Source: Camelus ferus (lineage: Eukaryota). From it: a stretch of 64,000 nt of DNA. The stretch lies in the NCBI RefSeq assembly GCF_009834535.1, contig NC_045697.1, positions 42,968,001 to 43,032,000 on the forward strand. Reading direction: 5' to 3'. The notes under the pieces were generated by a model, which worked only from the letters and a program-made list of their open reading frames with translations, was not told the origin of the DNA and made no database searches. Position 1 is the stretch's first letter, and each line of letters starts with the position of its first letter. A program made the position numbers and the translations under genes. Of this stretch, positions 52,261 to 64,000 are shown piece after piece.

Positions 52261-53134
52261 CGGAAAAAAAAGGGTCTGCTTTTAGTTTAGCCTTTTGAAT
52301 GAGAATTTTCACTACGCATGCTTCTCTTTTATTCCAGGACCAGCTATTTTCTTCTTAATCCATAGCTCATGAGGCGCAAAGGTGGGGGCGAAACGTACAG
52401 ATGAGTTTTACTTTTGGGACCGTGATGTTCTTCAAGTTCTCCTTATCCTCCATGATGAAATAATAACGACGATATAATAATGATCATAATAGGAACTCTC
52501 TCAGAAATTTCATGATGTGAATGCAACTCAGTAGTGGAATGTTGTTTTATGCTTAACATGTTTATTGATATTTTGCGGCTTTAAGTAAGAGCGATTGTTC
52601 ATAACGGGATTTTGTTTGCGTGTCTCTCGAGTATGAAGGTTAGATTTCATGGGGGAAAGTGTGTATTCTACTAACTTACCAGCACCAGCTAGACACTAGT
52701 GTGTAGTCAAGTACAATTTCTCCCTCTCCATTTCCTTATTAAGATACTCGGTAACAAGTCACTGACCTTTAGAAACAAGCACCATTGTCGGGTGTTGAGT
52801 ATTCAACTAAGGATCCTAGCTGTAAATTAGCAGGAAGTCACCTCCCTTCCAAATACATAAGCCGTGGTCATTGCTACCAGGGCTGTGCCTTCACTTTGAC
52901 TCTGAGCGGCAGGAAAGAGGCCCTGGAAACAATCCGTTATTTGGATTTTGAACTTGAGCAAAGAAAATAAAAGGTGGTACCAGAGGGACCGGGTAAACAA
53001 TGGAATATTGAGGAAAAGAGGAAGAAGTAGATAACATGAGGGCATTAGATAGTCAGCAGAAGTTTGGGAAAAAGTGAAATTTGAATAAAAAGGTTAAGGA
53101 GGTAGTAAGAATACCCCTTTCACAAACCGAGTAT

Positions 53135-53310
53135 GTGGCTCTGAGGAGGCAAGTCTGGGTTAGCTGTGTGATGTGGGGCAAAGTATTGTATCTGTTGAAT
53201 ATTTGACTTTCTTTGCAAAATGGAGATGACAGTCGTACTTTATAGAAGCTTAAATGAGATACTGAAGACGGTGCCTGGCGTAAGTGAAGTTAAAGAGAGA
53301 ATCTAGCTGG
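53135..53310 (+). mobile_element. MIR SINE
   Basis: tctgggttagctgtgtgatgtggggcaaag...tgcaaaatggagatgac...ttaaatgagat...ggtgcctggcgtaagt. Confidence 0.7.
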
Positions 53311-54514
53311 CGTTCAATACACATTATTAGAGGGGAAAGGAAAGATAGATAAATTAAATGAATGGGATCCTAACAAGGACAGAGAAAGTTATGGAAGAGA
53401 ACATGTACATAAAGGAGGGAGCGACTAGAGGAAGGAAGATTAAGTCACATTTGGTAACCAGTATTGTAAGTGTGGGACCTTGTGTCTTTTCACTGGATGT
53501 GTCCAGCTGAGAAAGAGGAGACTGTTAAAAAAAACTATGTCAGAGAGGGAGGAAATAAAATAGGTCGAGGAGACACTTACAAATCTGCACCCTAGACTGA
53601 CTGTTAGAAATTATCTTTCCCAACAGCCTTCTCAGTGAAGACTGAATTTTTTTTTTTTAATGCTACTGGGGAAGTTTTGTCTGAAATTAGAAGTGTCTTT
53701 GTTTTCCATGTAAGACAAATTGTGTCTCTTCAAAAACCACAGTGCCTGCCCCTCTCTGCCCCTCTTCCTCCTCCATTGATGGTGGACATTTCAGTGGCAT
53801 CCCTTACCCCAGCACCCAATTTTTCTTCCCAGAGACAACCACTGCAAGGTGTTTTAGACCCAGAGATGGTTGATGCATATACATGAGACCCAGTTTAAAA
53901 TTTTCCTCTTCTTTAATCTCTTTGGTTGTACCCAGGTCTAGAAGAAAGTCATGTCCAATGTTGGAGCATTCAGTTCTTTTTTTTTTTTCTAGTTATAGAA
54001 ATGATACCTGATCATTATTAAAAAGTTAAGAATGATACAGGACCCGATGAAGTTAGCCTGACTCTCAAGACATTTATGGTTCACAAACTAACTGTCAAAA
54101 TGCTGTCTGTAAGGAGGAGGCAGAGACAATTGAGTTGCCGTGGACTGGTACAGATGTGCTGGATACTTGGAAGTCACCTTCACTCAAGTCTTCAGTTTTG
54201 ATCACCCAAACTCACGTGGAAAAACAGATAGTGTAAGAGAAGCTAGGCTAAGAACTGGCATATAGTGGATTTGTACTGAGTACAGGACTTGCTGGGGCAC
54301 CACTGGCCTCGTGGCTTCCTGGAGCCAAGGCTGACTCCATTCCTTGCTCGGGAAGACCTCCCGTCAGGAGCTGATCTACAATCACAACATTCATTCCTCA
54401 TCTGAAAGGTGAAAGGGCCGCTGTATCCTGGTGGGGACCGATTCCTAATGAAACGGGGCATGGTTTTGTATTTGTGTATTTGCACAGCAGATGGACTGTG
54501 ACTCTTTCTCAAGC

Positions 54515-54541
<27 letters not shown>
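54515..54541 (+). repeat. Pure poly(A)27 tract
   Basis: Seen directly; no attached element recognised. Confidence 0.9.
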
Positions 54542-54545
<4 letters not shown>

Positions 54546-55964
54546 GTGCAGAGGCTGAGGGATCCACAGCCAAGACTTGCTCGGAGGACTTTAAGACTGT
54601 TCATAGAGTGGGCTAAACCTGGCCCTCAAAGAGCCCACTCCACCTCTTCCAATAAATGCCAACAAGGATTGCGATGACCTGGATGTGGAAGCCTACTCAG
54701 CCTGTAGCACACGTGTGAAAATATGTGAACGCAGGGGGAAAAATTGACTTTTAGTCGTGATTTCTAACAGCATACTCAAAGCCTATCAGAATAAGTGAGG
54801 TTGATTTTTCAAGTAACTATACAACTTTCCGGATCCTCCTTTAATCCAGTTTAATTAGGAAAATGTAGACTGCACATAGAGTACAGTGCTAAGCAATTTT
54901 CTTGGTAGGGTTTGGTGAAGAATGTCTAAGGCATATTTGTGTTTTCTCTAGATGTATTGCTTGATGGATTGTGAGAATTGGGAACTCGAGCTCCTTGGTA
55001 AAGAATTTAAATTACTTCCTTTGGGGATATGAACCTGCGTATAAAACAGACAAGGGGAGGGGCTGAAAAGATGACAAAATTTTAAGCACACAGGCATCAT
55101 TTTAACATGGTATGTATGCCTAGGGGCATTACTCAGCTTTCTCAAAGCTCTTGGAAATTGGCCAGATTACAATCTTTTGAGAAACAAACCACAACCACAA
55201 AAATAACAGCAGCAACAACAAGTTTTCAGTGTCCCCTATAGCCTGAGGTAGGTGACATTTTTTCCATTCTCCACAGATGGAGTAAACAGGGCACTAAGAG
55301 ATTCAGCAGTGTCTGAAATCTCCCAACAAACTGAAAATGGAGTCCCTGATGGCAGCCAAGTTTCCTGCCCTGGAAGTGAAGAGAGAGACCTAAAAAATAG
55401 GATTATATTTGAAAGAGCATATATACTTTCCAGGGTTTATCTGAACTGTGTCTCCTCTCTGACCCTCTTTGAATTTACCCATCATAAGTAATAGTATGAC
55501 CTCTTATTCAAGTCATTCAAAAATGCATTTGTTCTCCATAATAGAGAGAGAAGCTCTGGCCAAATTATATTCTAATGTATCATAGCCTTGAACCCAAGGA
55601 TCATTTTGCATTGCTGACTAGGAGGCTGCTGAGTACATTATTATTCTGCCAGGGTTTGTGTCAGCTTTGTGAAGAGGCAGATTACCCAGCATATCTCCAA
55701 TATTGTTATCTTTATGGGCTTTTGGAGGAGGTGGGAAAAAATAAAGAGGAGAATAAGAATGAATACTTGGGTGTAATGTGCTCTTGTGACTAGATAAGTG
55801 TTAACAGCCCCATGAGCCTTTATTCCTGCATGAGTAGATACACTTGTGCTGAAAATGGGTGTGTCTCTGACAGAACTGCATGTTTCCAGCTGGGGTAGGT
55901 GTTCTAGGGTGTAGAAGGGCCAAAGAAACTCAAGGAGGTAAGTGTTCTGAATAAGTGATTCTGG

Positions 55965-57720
55965 AGCTGAAAGATCTATACTTTGAAAACTGTAAAACAT
56001 TGATGAATAAAATTGAAGATGATACAAAGAAATGGAAAGACATCTGATGCTCTTGGATTGGAAGAATTAATATAGTTAAAATGGCCGTATTACTCAAAGC
56101 AATCTACAGATTAAATGCAATCACTATCAAAATACCCATAACATTTTTACAGAACTAGAACAAATAATCCTAAAATTTATATGGACTCACAAAAGACCCA
56201 GAATTGCAAAAGCAATCCTGAGGAAAAAGAACAAAACTGGAGGTATCACTCTTCCTGACTTCAGGCTATACTACAAAGCTACAGTAATCAAAACAGCATG
56301 GTATTGGCACAAAAGTAGTCACACAAATCAACGGGACAGGTTAGAGAGCCCAGAAATAAACCCACACACCTATGGTCAGTTAATTTGTGCCAAAGGAGGC
56401 AAGAATATACAATGGAGAAAAGACAATCCCTTCAATAAGTGGTGCTGGGAAAACTGGACAGCTACACATAAAAGAATGAGATTAGAAGACTTCCTCATAC
56501 CATATATAAAAATAAATTCAAAATGAATTAAAGACCTAAATGTAAGGCTCAAAACCATAAAATTTCTAGAAGAAGACACATAGACAGAACACTTTGACAT
56601 AAATCACAGCAATATTTTTTTGTCTCTATCTCCTAAGGCAAAGGAAATAAAAGCAAAAATAAACAAATGAGACCTAATTAAACTTAAAAGCTTTCGTGCA
56701 TCAAAGGAAACCATCAACAAAACGAAAAGACAATCTACGGAATGGGAGAAAATATTTTCAAATGATATAACCAATAAGGGATTAATATCCAATGTGTATA
56801 AACAGCTCATACAACTCAATATAAAAAAAAAACCTGATTAAAAATTGGGCAGAAGACCTTAATAGACATTTTTCCAAAGAAGACATACGGATGGCTAACA
56901 GGTGCAGGAAAAGATGCTCAACATCACTAATTTTCACAGAAAGGCAAGTCAACACCACAATAAGGTATCACCTCACACCTGTCAGAATGACTGTTGTCAA
57001 AAAGACCACAAATAACAAATGTTGGCGAGAATATGGAGGAAAGGGAGCCCTATGTACTGTTGGTGGGGATGTAAATTGGTGCAGCCACTGTGGAAAACAG
57101 TATGAAGGATCCTCAAAAAACTAAAAATATGATCCAGCAATTCTACTCCTGGGCACATATCTGGAAAAAATAAAAACGCTAATTGGAAAAGATAACGTGC
57201 ACCCCAGTGTTCACAGAAGCATTATTTACAATACCCAAGATATGGAAGCAACCTAAGTGCCCATCAACAGGTGACTGGAATATTGGCCACAAAAGAGAAT
57301 GAAATTCTGCTATTTGCAGCAATGCGGATGGACCTTGAGAATATTATGCTTAGTGAAATAATTCAGACAGAGATAGACAAATTCTGTATGATATCACCTA
57401 TACGTGGAATCGCAAAAAACACATGGATGAATATGGACATATATAGCAAAACAGAAGCAGACTCACAGATACAGAAAATAAACTAGTGGTTACCAGTGGG
57501 GAGAGGGAAGGGGGAGGGGCAAGAAAGGGGTAGAGGATTAAGAGATACAAACTACTATATATAAAATGGATAAACAAGGATATATTGTACAGCACAGGAA
57601 ATTTAGCCGTTATTTTGAAATAACTTGTAATGGAGCATGATCAGCAGAAATACTGAATCACTGTGCTATACACCTGAAACTCATATAATATTGTAAATCA
57701 ACTCTACTTCAATGTAAATA
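55965..57720 (+). mobile_element. 5'-truncated cetartiodactyl-type L1 (~1.75 kb)
   Basis: Decayed ORF2 C-terminus (tggattggaagaattaatatagttaaaatgg, ctacagtaatcaaaacagcatggtattgg, ggtatcacctcacacctgtcagaatg) and 3'UTR ending atcaactctacttcaat plus A-rich tail. Confidence 0.95.
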
Positions 57721-59139
57721 ATGAATAATTAATATAATTAATTAATTCTGAATTTCAAGTTTCCCCCTGGCCTGACAGAACTGATAGTTAATCTACCCAG
57801 TGATTTGGACATGAAGAGTCCACAATGCTTGCTGCTCCAGTCCCTGTTATAGATGGAGGGAAAAATAGCAAACTTTATTCTTCCATTTTAATTTGAAAGT
57901 CTGGACTCAGGTTCCTAGAAGAGGCAATCCAAGGAAAGCATAAAATGACTTATGCTTATGTGGTGAGAAATATCTTCTTCTACTAGAGCTGGCTGGAGCC
58001 AGTCAGTAAGTGAAGCCAACGTGTGAAGTAATAAATGCGGCGTTGTAGTTACCCACGCTCTGCTAAATCACCTATCACCCTGGCATCTGGATCCTTCGCC
58101 AGGGAATCTGCCTTAGCTGGACTCCAGACACTGCATTACTAATGTCGTGCCTTAAACGGTCCCCTAGTGGCTGCACAGAGGGAGTGTTTCTTCCCAAATG
58201 CCCCCTTAGTGCGGACTAAGAAAGGGGGTGGGGGATGGAGTCCAATGTGCTCCCGGACAGGGGCCCCGCAAATCCCACGCCAACTTGGCAATGCCACCAT
58301 TTGTGATCCATGAATCCTGCAGGCCTGGGTCCTAGAGCAGTTTTCATACATGAGGAGGAAACTTGGCAGGGTCAGGGAAAATGTTTTGCTTTGCCTGGAG
58401 GACCGAGTGGCTGGATTGCGTTATTTACACTGCCTGAGGTTGCCAGATTATCCCTCAGTCCTCCCTTCTAGCCCACTTCGGCTCTATAGGCTCTGCCTGT
58501 GGAACTAGGAGGAAAAACTGTTTCCTGAGTGCTGTTCTGCCAACTTCTCTCCACACGTGAACTTGGCCCCTTGGGGCCTTGTGCATTCATGGCAAAGGTG
58601 AATGTCAGTTTGAGAGGAAAAACGTGATGTCCTTGTCCGGTAGCTTTGGAAACATCCCTGTGCCACCTTTCCCGTGGAAAGTACTTATTTATTACAGACC
58701 AGTTAGAAAGGATGAGCATTGTGTCTGCAGGAGGGGTGGTAGATAGGTAGAAAGTAACGAGAAGAACAAGAAAACTTATCAACTGCTTCTTTTCTTTTTG
58801 TTTCTCATTTGCTGAGCTGGAGGTTCATGTTGCACAGGCAGGGCAGTGGAAAGATTTCCCAGCTGGCTGATCTGAGACCTTCATTTCAGTCTCCTCCTGA
58901 TATGAACTTGTGGGGCGACTTTGAACTAGCTACCTAACCATTCTGAGTTTCCTCCCAGGGAACATTGGAGGGTTGACCTTGATGCTACTGGAAAGCCCCT
59001 TCGTGGTCAGTCATTTGATGTCTGTCTGAGCCTTTTCTGTCTCATGACTATCACACCTGGAAAGACGTGTTCATTTGATCATTCACTCATTCAGACGACA
59101 AACAGGGGTTAAGTCCTTTCCCTTCGGCTCCAGTTTCTT

Positions 59140-60350
59140 GAGGCTTTTGGAAGCATTAGCTCTTCACACTGGCTACCCTGCCTCCTCACAGCTCCTGTGT
59201 CTGCGCTCCTCAAGGCCAATGGCTTTTCTCATCCTTTCTCAGCTTCCTCTGACCCGGGTGCATTTGACATGGTTAACCACATGCTCCTTCAAGAAATTCC
59301 TCTCTTGCTTTGGCTGCTCTGTGACACCCATGGTGTCAACTCCTTTTCTCCTTCTTTCCTTGCTTTGCCTCAGGCTCCTTCAGTGCTTCTCCTTTCTCCT
59401 CCCGCCTCCGTAGTTCTATCCTTGGAGCTTCCCCCTTACTTCTTGTCATGCTTTCCCCAGCAGCCTCTCTCCTAACTGTCTTCAGTTCCTGCCTTAATGC
59501 GGCTGACTCTCACTTCTATGACTCTAGTCCAGAATCTTCTCCTGTCAGCCATGGCCTGGATATTCCATTTGGATATTTCACCCAACACCCCCACATTTAT
59601 TTTCTTGCTTCTGAAACCAGTTGCTGTAAATGACATATGATTCCTATTAAAAATGCCAGCTTCTTTTTGAATTTATTTTCTCGAAGTATATTCAGTTTGT
59701 AGTGTTAATTTCTGGTATACCATATAGTGATTCAGTTGTACATATATATATTACTTTTCATTTTTTTCATTATAGGCTATTCCAAGTTATTGAATATAGT
59801 TCCCTGTGCTATACAGTAGGACTGTGCTGTTTATCTATTTTATATATAGTAGTAACTATCTGCAAATCCCAGACTCCCAATTTATCCCTCCATACCCCTC
59901 CTCCCTTCTAGGTAACCACAAGTTTATTAAGTCTGTGGGTCTGTTTCTGTTTTGTAAATAAGTTCATTTGTCTCATGTTTTCTTTTAAAGATTTCACATA
60001 TAAGAGTTATCATACGGTATTTGTTTTTTCTCTTTCTGGTTTATTTTACTTAGTATGACAATCTCCAAGTCTATCCATGTTGCTGCAAATGGCATTATTT
60101 CTTTCTCTGTGTTTCAGGCAAGTCAGTCATTTATCTGATGTCCCACTTTTTCAGCATCTGTTGTCTCCTCCAGCTCTCCAAGTAGCTGAAGTCTACTGTC
60201 ACTTTATCTTTCCTGTTTTCAGTAGCTTTGCAGGCTTTGTTATAGGGGCATCATACCTTTGCCTGGCCAGGGGAACTGCAGGCTTCTCTCAGGTCAACAT
60301 TACTTTGTTTCATTCCCCATTTATTCTCAGCTAAGTACTCTAATATGATC
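59140..60350 (+). mobile_element. L2 fragments split by a truncated L1
   Basis: gcatttgacatggttaaccacatgctccttc...ggctgactctcacttctatgactctagtccagaatcttctcctg typical of L2. Confidence 0.6.
59660..60105 (-). mobile_element. 5'-truncated cetartiodactyl-type L1 3' end
   Basis: cattataggctattccaagttattgaatatagttccctgtgctatacagtagg...ccatgttgctgcaaatggcattatttc; homologous to 41600-42030. Confidence 0.9.
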
Positions 60351-60509
60351 AACTCACAATTTGCACACTTGTTATGTGCTCTGTGTTATGGGTTGGGTAC
60401 AGAATGTTGAATGGGACCTGCTCCCACTTTCAAGGTTCTCATATTCTTGTAAAACAGACAAGTAAATAATTTAATTGAGTATGGTAACGAGCTACAATAA
60501 CTCTGATGG

Positions 60510-60700
60510 TTAACATTGACTGAGAACTAAGTATGTCTAAAGTACTGTTTTAGATTTTTTTATGTATAGTAACTCATTTAATCCTCACCGCACTGTAGGA
60601 GATCAGTATTGTTATTATCCCCGTTTTATAGAAGAAGCAGCTGAGGCAGAATTGTAGAAGAGTTAAGATTTAAAAGCAGGCAACCTAATTCCTGCCCGCA
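60510..60700 (-). mobile_element. MIR SINE
   Basis: aactcatttaatcctcaccgcactgtaggagatcagtattgttattatccccgttttatagaagaagcagctgaggc. Confidence 0.8.
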
Positions 60701-61215
60701 CTCAACTAGATGGTCTTCTTGTGTTCCGATAGCATGTAATAAAGCAGGGCTGGTAATTTCAATAAAAAAGACTAATTTCATGGTGTTTAACTCTTGAGAA
60801 AAATACCTAGAGAAAAATACCAGTAGGTGATTCAGGTATTGTTGTGGAAGATGAGTCTGGCAAGGGCAAAGGGTGGAATGCTGGCATTTGAGAAATGGAG
60901 GACGAGGAGCAATAGTGGAGAGTGAGGAAGAGTAAAGACAAGTAGAAAGAGAGCTTATGGAGGGTTTAGGGTCATGATGGTTTTGAATCAGGAGTTTCAA
61001 AAGCGAGGAGATGATCAACAGGAACAATTGCCCTGGAAGAGTTCAGGAGAATGTGATGGAGAAAAGCCTGATAGGTTTGTTACTTAGGGAGTTAGCAGTC
61101 ACGTCACAGAGTGAAGCATGGAGCAGGTGGAAGCCAAACTCATTTGAAAAAATGAGAAAAGTAGAGGCAGTGTGCATAGACTTCTCACTGATTTATTCCT
61201 ACACTCCTGTGTTCA

Positions 61216-61255
61216 TATATATATATATATTATATAATATATATATATATATATA
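61216..61255. repeat. (AT)n microsatellite, interrupted
   Basis: Seen directly. Confidence 0.9.
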
Positions 61256-62217
61256 CACTTATACTTTTCCATGTGCACTCCTAGCACTCACTAAAGCACA
61301 ATGGTGAAGGTAACAAAAGAAGAAAGATGAGTTCAGCAAAAGACAGAGGAGCAGACTTGAAAAGAGAACGTGCTCTTTCCCTTGATGACCCGTGTTTAAT
61401 AAATAACCTTCAGTAGATTGTAGCTTGAACAGCTTGAGATGGAAAGGGCACCCAGTGGATTGTTGGGTCTCTTGGGGTGCCTGTTTGATCTGTGGCCACC
61501 AAATTATACTGGGCAAGTGACTTGTTACACCTGGACTTGCTCCTTTGCTGTCAAGAATGAAATGATTAAATATGTCTCTTCTAATAGACACTTTAAGGTG
61601 CTCAGATCTCCTTTTAACTCACAGAAGTCATCAATGTTAGACAGCTGATGGCCACTCTTTAACATCTCCCCCTCCATGTCATGGGGAAGTGACTTCTTAC
61701 CCCATTTCTGCCTGATGGTCCAAACAGCTCACATCCTGTCAATCAAGAGAACATTTTAAGTCTTGTGCTCTAATTTTTCTTCATTTCAGCAGAGGTAAAG
61801 TACCATTTTTATCACATCCTATCAAGGGTACATTCTATCAACATGACTTACAACTGTTGACGTTGACTTTGGTTACCTGGCAAATGTAGTGTTTGTCAGT
61901 TTTCTCCACTGGAGAGTTACTCTTTTTACCCCCTTTCTGTACTGTACACTCTGGAAAGAAGTCACTGTGTAGCATGTAAGGAGTGAGAGTTATTTTTCCT
62001 TCCTTGAGGGCAGAATGTCTACACAAATTATTTGGAATTTGCAGTGGGGCTTTGTCTCATCTCCCACTTATTAACTTACTTGGTCATTATTTATATCACT
62101 ATGGACTCATGGATAATTTGTTAATACTTTGTGCTATAATTCAGTACTACTTTATTTATTATGTTCGATTTGTTCCAGTTTGGGCCATTGGGAGCTCTTT
62201 TGGTTGCTCCTATGCTC

Positions 62218-62495
62218 TTTTTTTCTTTTCTTCTTTTTTTTGGCCAGAAAAAATTGTAGCAATTTTAATTTTGACTGGCCATATCTTAATGTACTCTTAA
62301 CAGCATTAACATTAAAAAAAAATCTACACCAATTTGACAAGAAAAGGTCACTTATTTTACTTATCAATCTCTGTAAAAGAAAGCACCCCAAAACTTAGTA
62401 GCTTTATTTGTTCTCATAATTCTGTGAGCTGGTTGGATTCAGCTGGATAGTTCATCTGCTCGTGTGATGTCACCTGGGGTCACACATATAGGTGT
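62218..62495 (-). other. Poly(A)-tailed retroposed insert: truncated MLT1 LTR end plus ~110 bp unique sequence
   Basis: T-rich tract 62218-62241; ATTAAA on the minus strand at 62264-62269; MLT1F/G-like piece caccccaaaacttagtagc...cataattctgtg...tcagctgg at about 62352-62490. Confidence 0.6.
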
Positions 62496-62519
62496 TGCTC
62501 TCCTTTGATTTATTCCCAT

Positions 62520-62521
<2 letters not shown>

Positions 62522-62560
<39 letters not shown>

Positions 62561-62565
62561 TGTGT
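62522..62565. repeat. (TG)n microsatellite, about 22 units with one interruption
   Basis: Seen directly. Confidence 0.95.
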
Positions 62566-62789
62566 ACATAAGCACTTTCTTACTTTCTGGCTCTACAAGA
62601 TGTTCCAAGATCTTGTCTGTTTCCTGTCCCAGTCCTGGAGTGAGCCATCTCTCCAAGAAGCCCTAGGTTCTTTCATTGAAGGAAGTATCAGAAAGCAAGA
62701 TCTGAGCACTAGGTAAGCTTGTTGCTACAGGGGTGTCATTTCTTTTACACCCTTTCAGCTGACATAGGAATTAATTTGATTTGAAACAC

Positions 62790-63203
62790 TTCAGTGGGTT
62801 GCATCATGTCCCCTCAAAATTCATGTCCACCCACCAGAAACCTCAGAATATGACCATATTTGGAAATAGGGTCTTTGCAGATGTAATTAAGATATGGGTG
62901 GAGATGATGCAATTAGTGTGGTCCGTAAGTCCAACGAGAGTGTCCTTATAAGAGACAGAAAAGGGCACACAGAAGCCCAGGCAAGAAGACCATGTGAAGA
63001 GGTCATGGATATTGCTGCAAGCCAAGGATTGTGAGAAGCTAGAAGAAACAAGGAAGGATTCTCCCCTTAAGACTTTGGAGTGAATGCAGCCGTACCTTGA
63101 TTTTGGACTTCTGGACTCCAGGACTGTGAGAGAATAAGTTTCTGTTGTCTTAAGCCACCAAGGTTGTGGTACTTTATTACAACAGCCCCAGGAAGCTAAC
63201 ACA
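62790..63203 (+). mobile_element. ERVL-MaLR solo LTR, MLT1B/C-like
   Basis: cctcagaatatgaccatatttggaaatagggtctttgcagatgtaattaag...gactgtgagagaataagtttctgttgtcttaagccacc...ggaagctaacaca. Confidence 0.9.
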
Positions 63204-63499
63204 GGCAGCTTATGGGTGAAGATAATCTCTTTCCCCAAGCCTGTGTGCGGCAGAGAACTCTTTGTTGCAGGGCTGAAGAGGAGGAGGAAGAGATGCTGTG
63301 TTGAAGCAGGGATGCAGTGTGCTTATAGACGAGGAAAGGCTGGTTGGTACTGTCTTTCTTCTCTGAGCAGTCTGCATTTTGAGTTTCCCAACGCCCGGTG
63401 AAGTGGTGAGAAACTGTGTTGTGATGATCTCTCTCTGTACCTCCTTATAGAAGCTCTACTGGGTTCCGACTTTGGGTGGCGAGGGAGGTAGGAGAGTAA

Positions 63500-63740
63500 C
63501 ATTCATTGAGTGTCCACTGCGTGTTGGGCACAGGACACGCGCTATCTCATTTCATCCTAACGAGAACCCTGTTTGTGCCTGTAAAGCAGGCACTATTATT
63601 ACGTGTTTTACAGGTGGGAAAACTGAGAGTCAGAGAAGTTAGGCAACTTTCCCAGAACGTACTTAGTTATACTGTGAAGCTGGAATAGAAACTTAAGTAG
63701 TCTCACCTTTAATTCCACTGACGCTCTTTCACTGCACCAC
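63500..63740 (-). mobile_element. MIR SINE
   Basis: tctcatttcatcctaacgagaaccctg...ttttacaggtgggaaaactgagagtcagagaagttaggcaacttt. Confidence 0.8.
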
Positions 63741-64000
63741 CCTGAGTTTCAACACGTTTTTTTCCTTTGTTTTAGTGTGACAATCACTCGATTTGAGTTA
63801 CTTTTTAAAGTTTTTCCTCTAGGGATGCTACTGTCCTAACATCAGTGAACAAGATTTAAAATCTCTTATTTTGTAAGTGATACATATTCATTATTGAGGA
63901 AAACAAGTTACAAAACTCCTAAGCAAACACTTTAGAACATGCCACCCAGAGATGATAAAACTTCATAAATAAAAATGTTTTTATGTAATTAAACTATACA

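Larger units (their letters stand above)
61805..62770 (-). mobile_element. L1MC3/L1MD-type 3' region in two parts, 61805-62217 and 62496-62770
   Basis: ctatcaacatgactta...gtgtttgtcagttttctccactg...ttgggccattgggagctcttt, resuming cctttgatttattcccatc...gcactttcttactttctggc...ctccaagaagccct. Confidence 0.8.

Noticed and set aside
1..64000. Prokaryotic systems (CRISPR arrays, operons, defence islands), rRNA, NUMT or viral genes
   Set aside because: The DNA is mammalian and repeat-rich; I saw no regularly spaced repeats, mitochondrial-like sequence or gag/pol/env ORFs

Overview
AT-rich, repeat-rich mammalian genomic DNA, very probably camelid: it carries a tRNA-Ala-derived Vic-1-type SINE, and I saw no Alu, B1/B2, BovB/Bov-tA or PRE-1 elements. 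I recognise no host protein-coding exon, so the window is intergenic or lies in a large intron. The dominant feature is a full-length but inactivated LINE-1 (24793-31555, +) with a perfect 16-bp target-site duplication (TSD), inserted into an old Tigger DNA transposon. The rest is truncated L1s of several ages (one nested in another), MIR, L2, MLT1/LTR16/LTR41-type LTRs, MER20/MER3/MER5 elements, microsatellites, and repeat-poor blocks that look like conserved cis-regulatory DNA. The most notable leads are three. First, the long L1 ORF1-ORF2 spacer holds a splice acceptor and a Kozak-ATG 75-aa ORF overlapping the ORF2 start. Second, a poly(A)-tailed orphan retrocopy of a foreign transcript 3' end interrupts an old L1 at about 62.2-62.5 kb. 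Third, a compact NF-kB/GC-box/octamer/CCAAT cluster lies at about 51.1-51.2 kb. Repeat family names come from recalled consensus sequences, and boundaries of old repeats are approximate. The sequence alone does not prove a new biological system.
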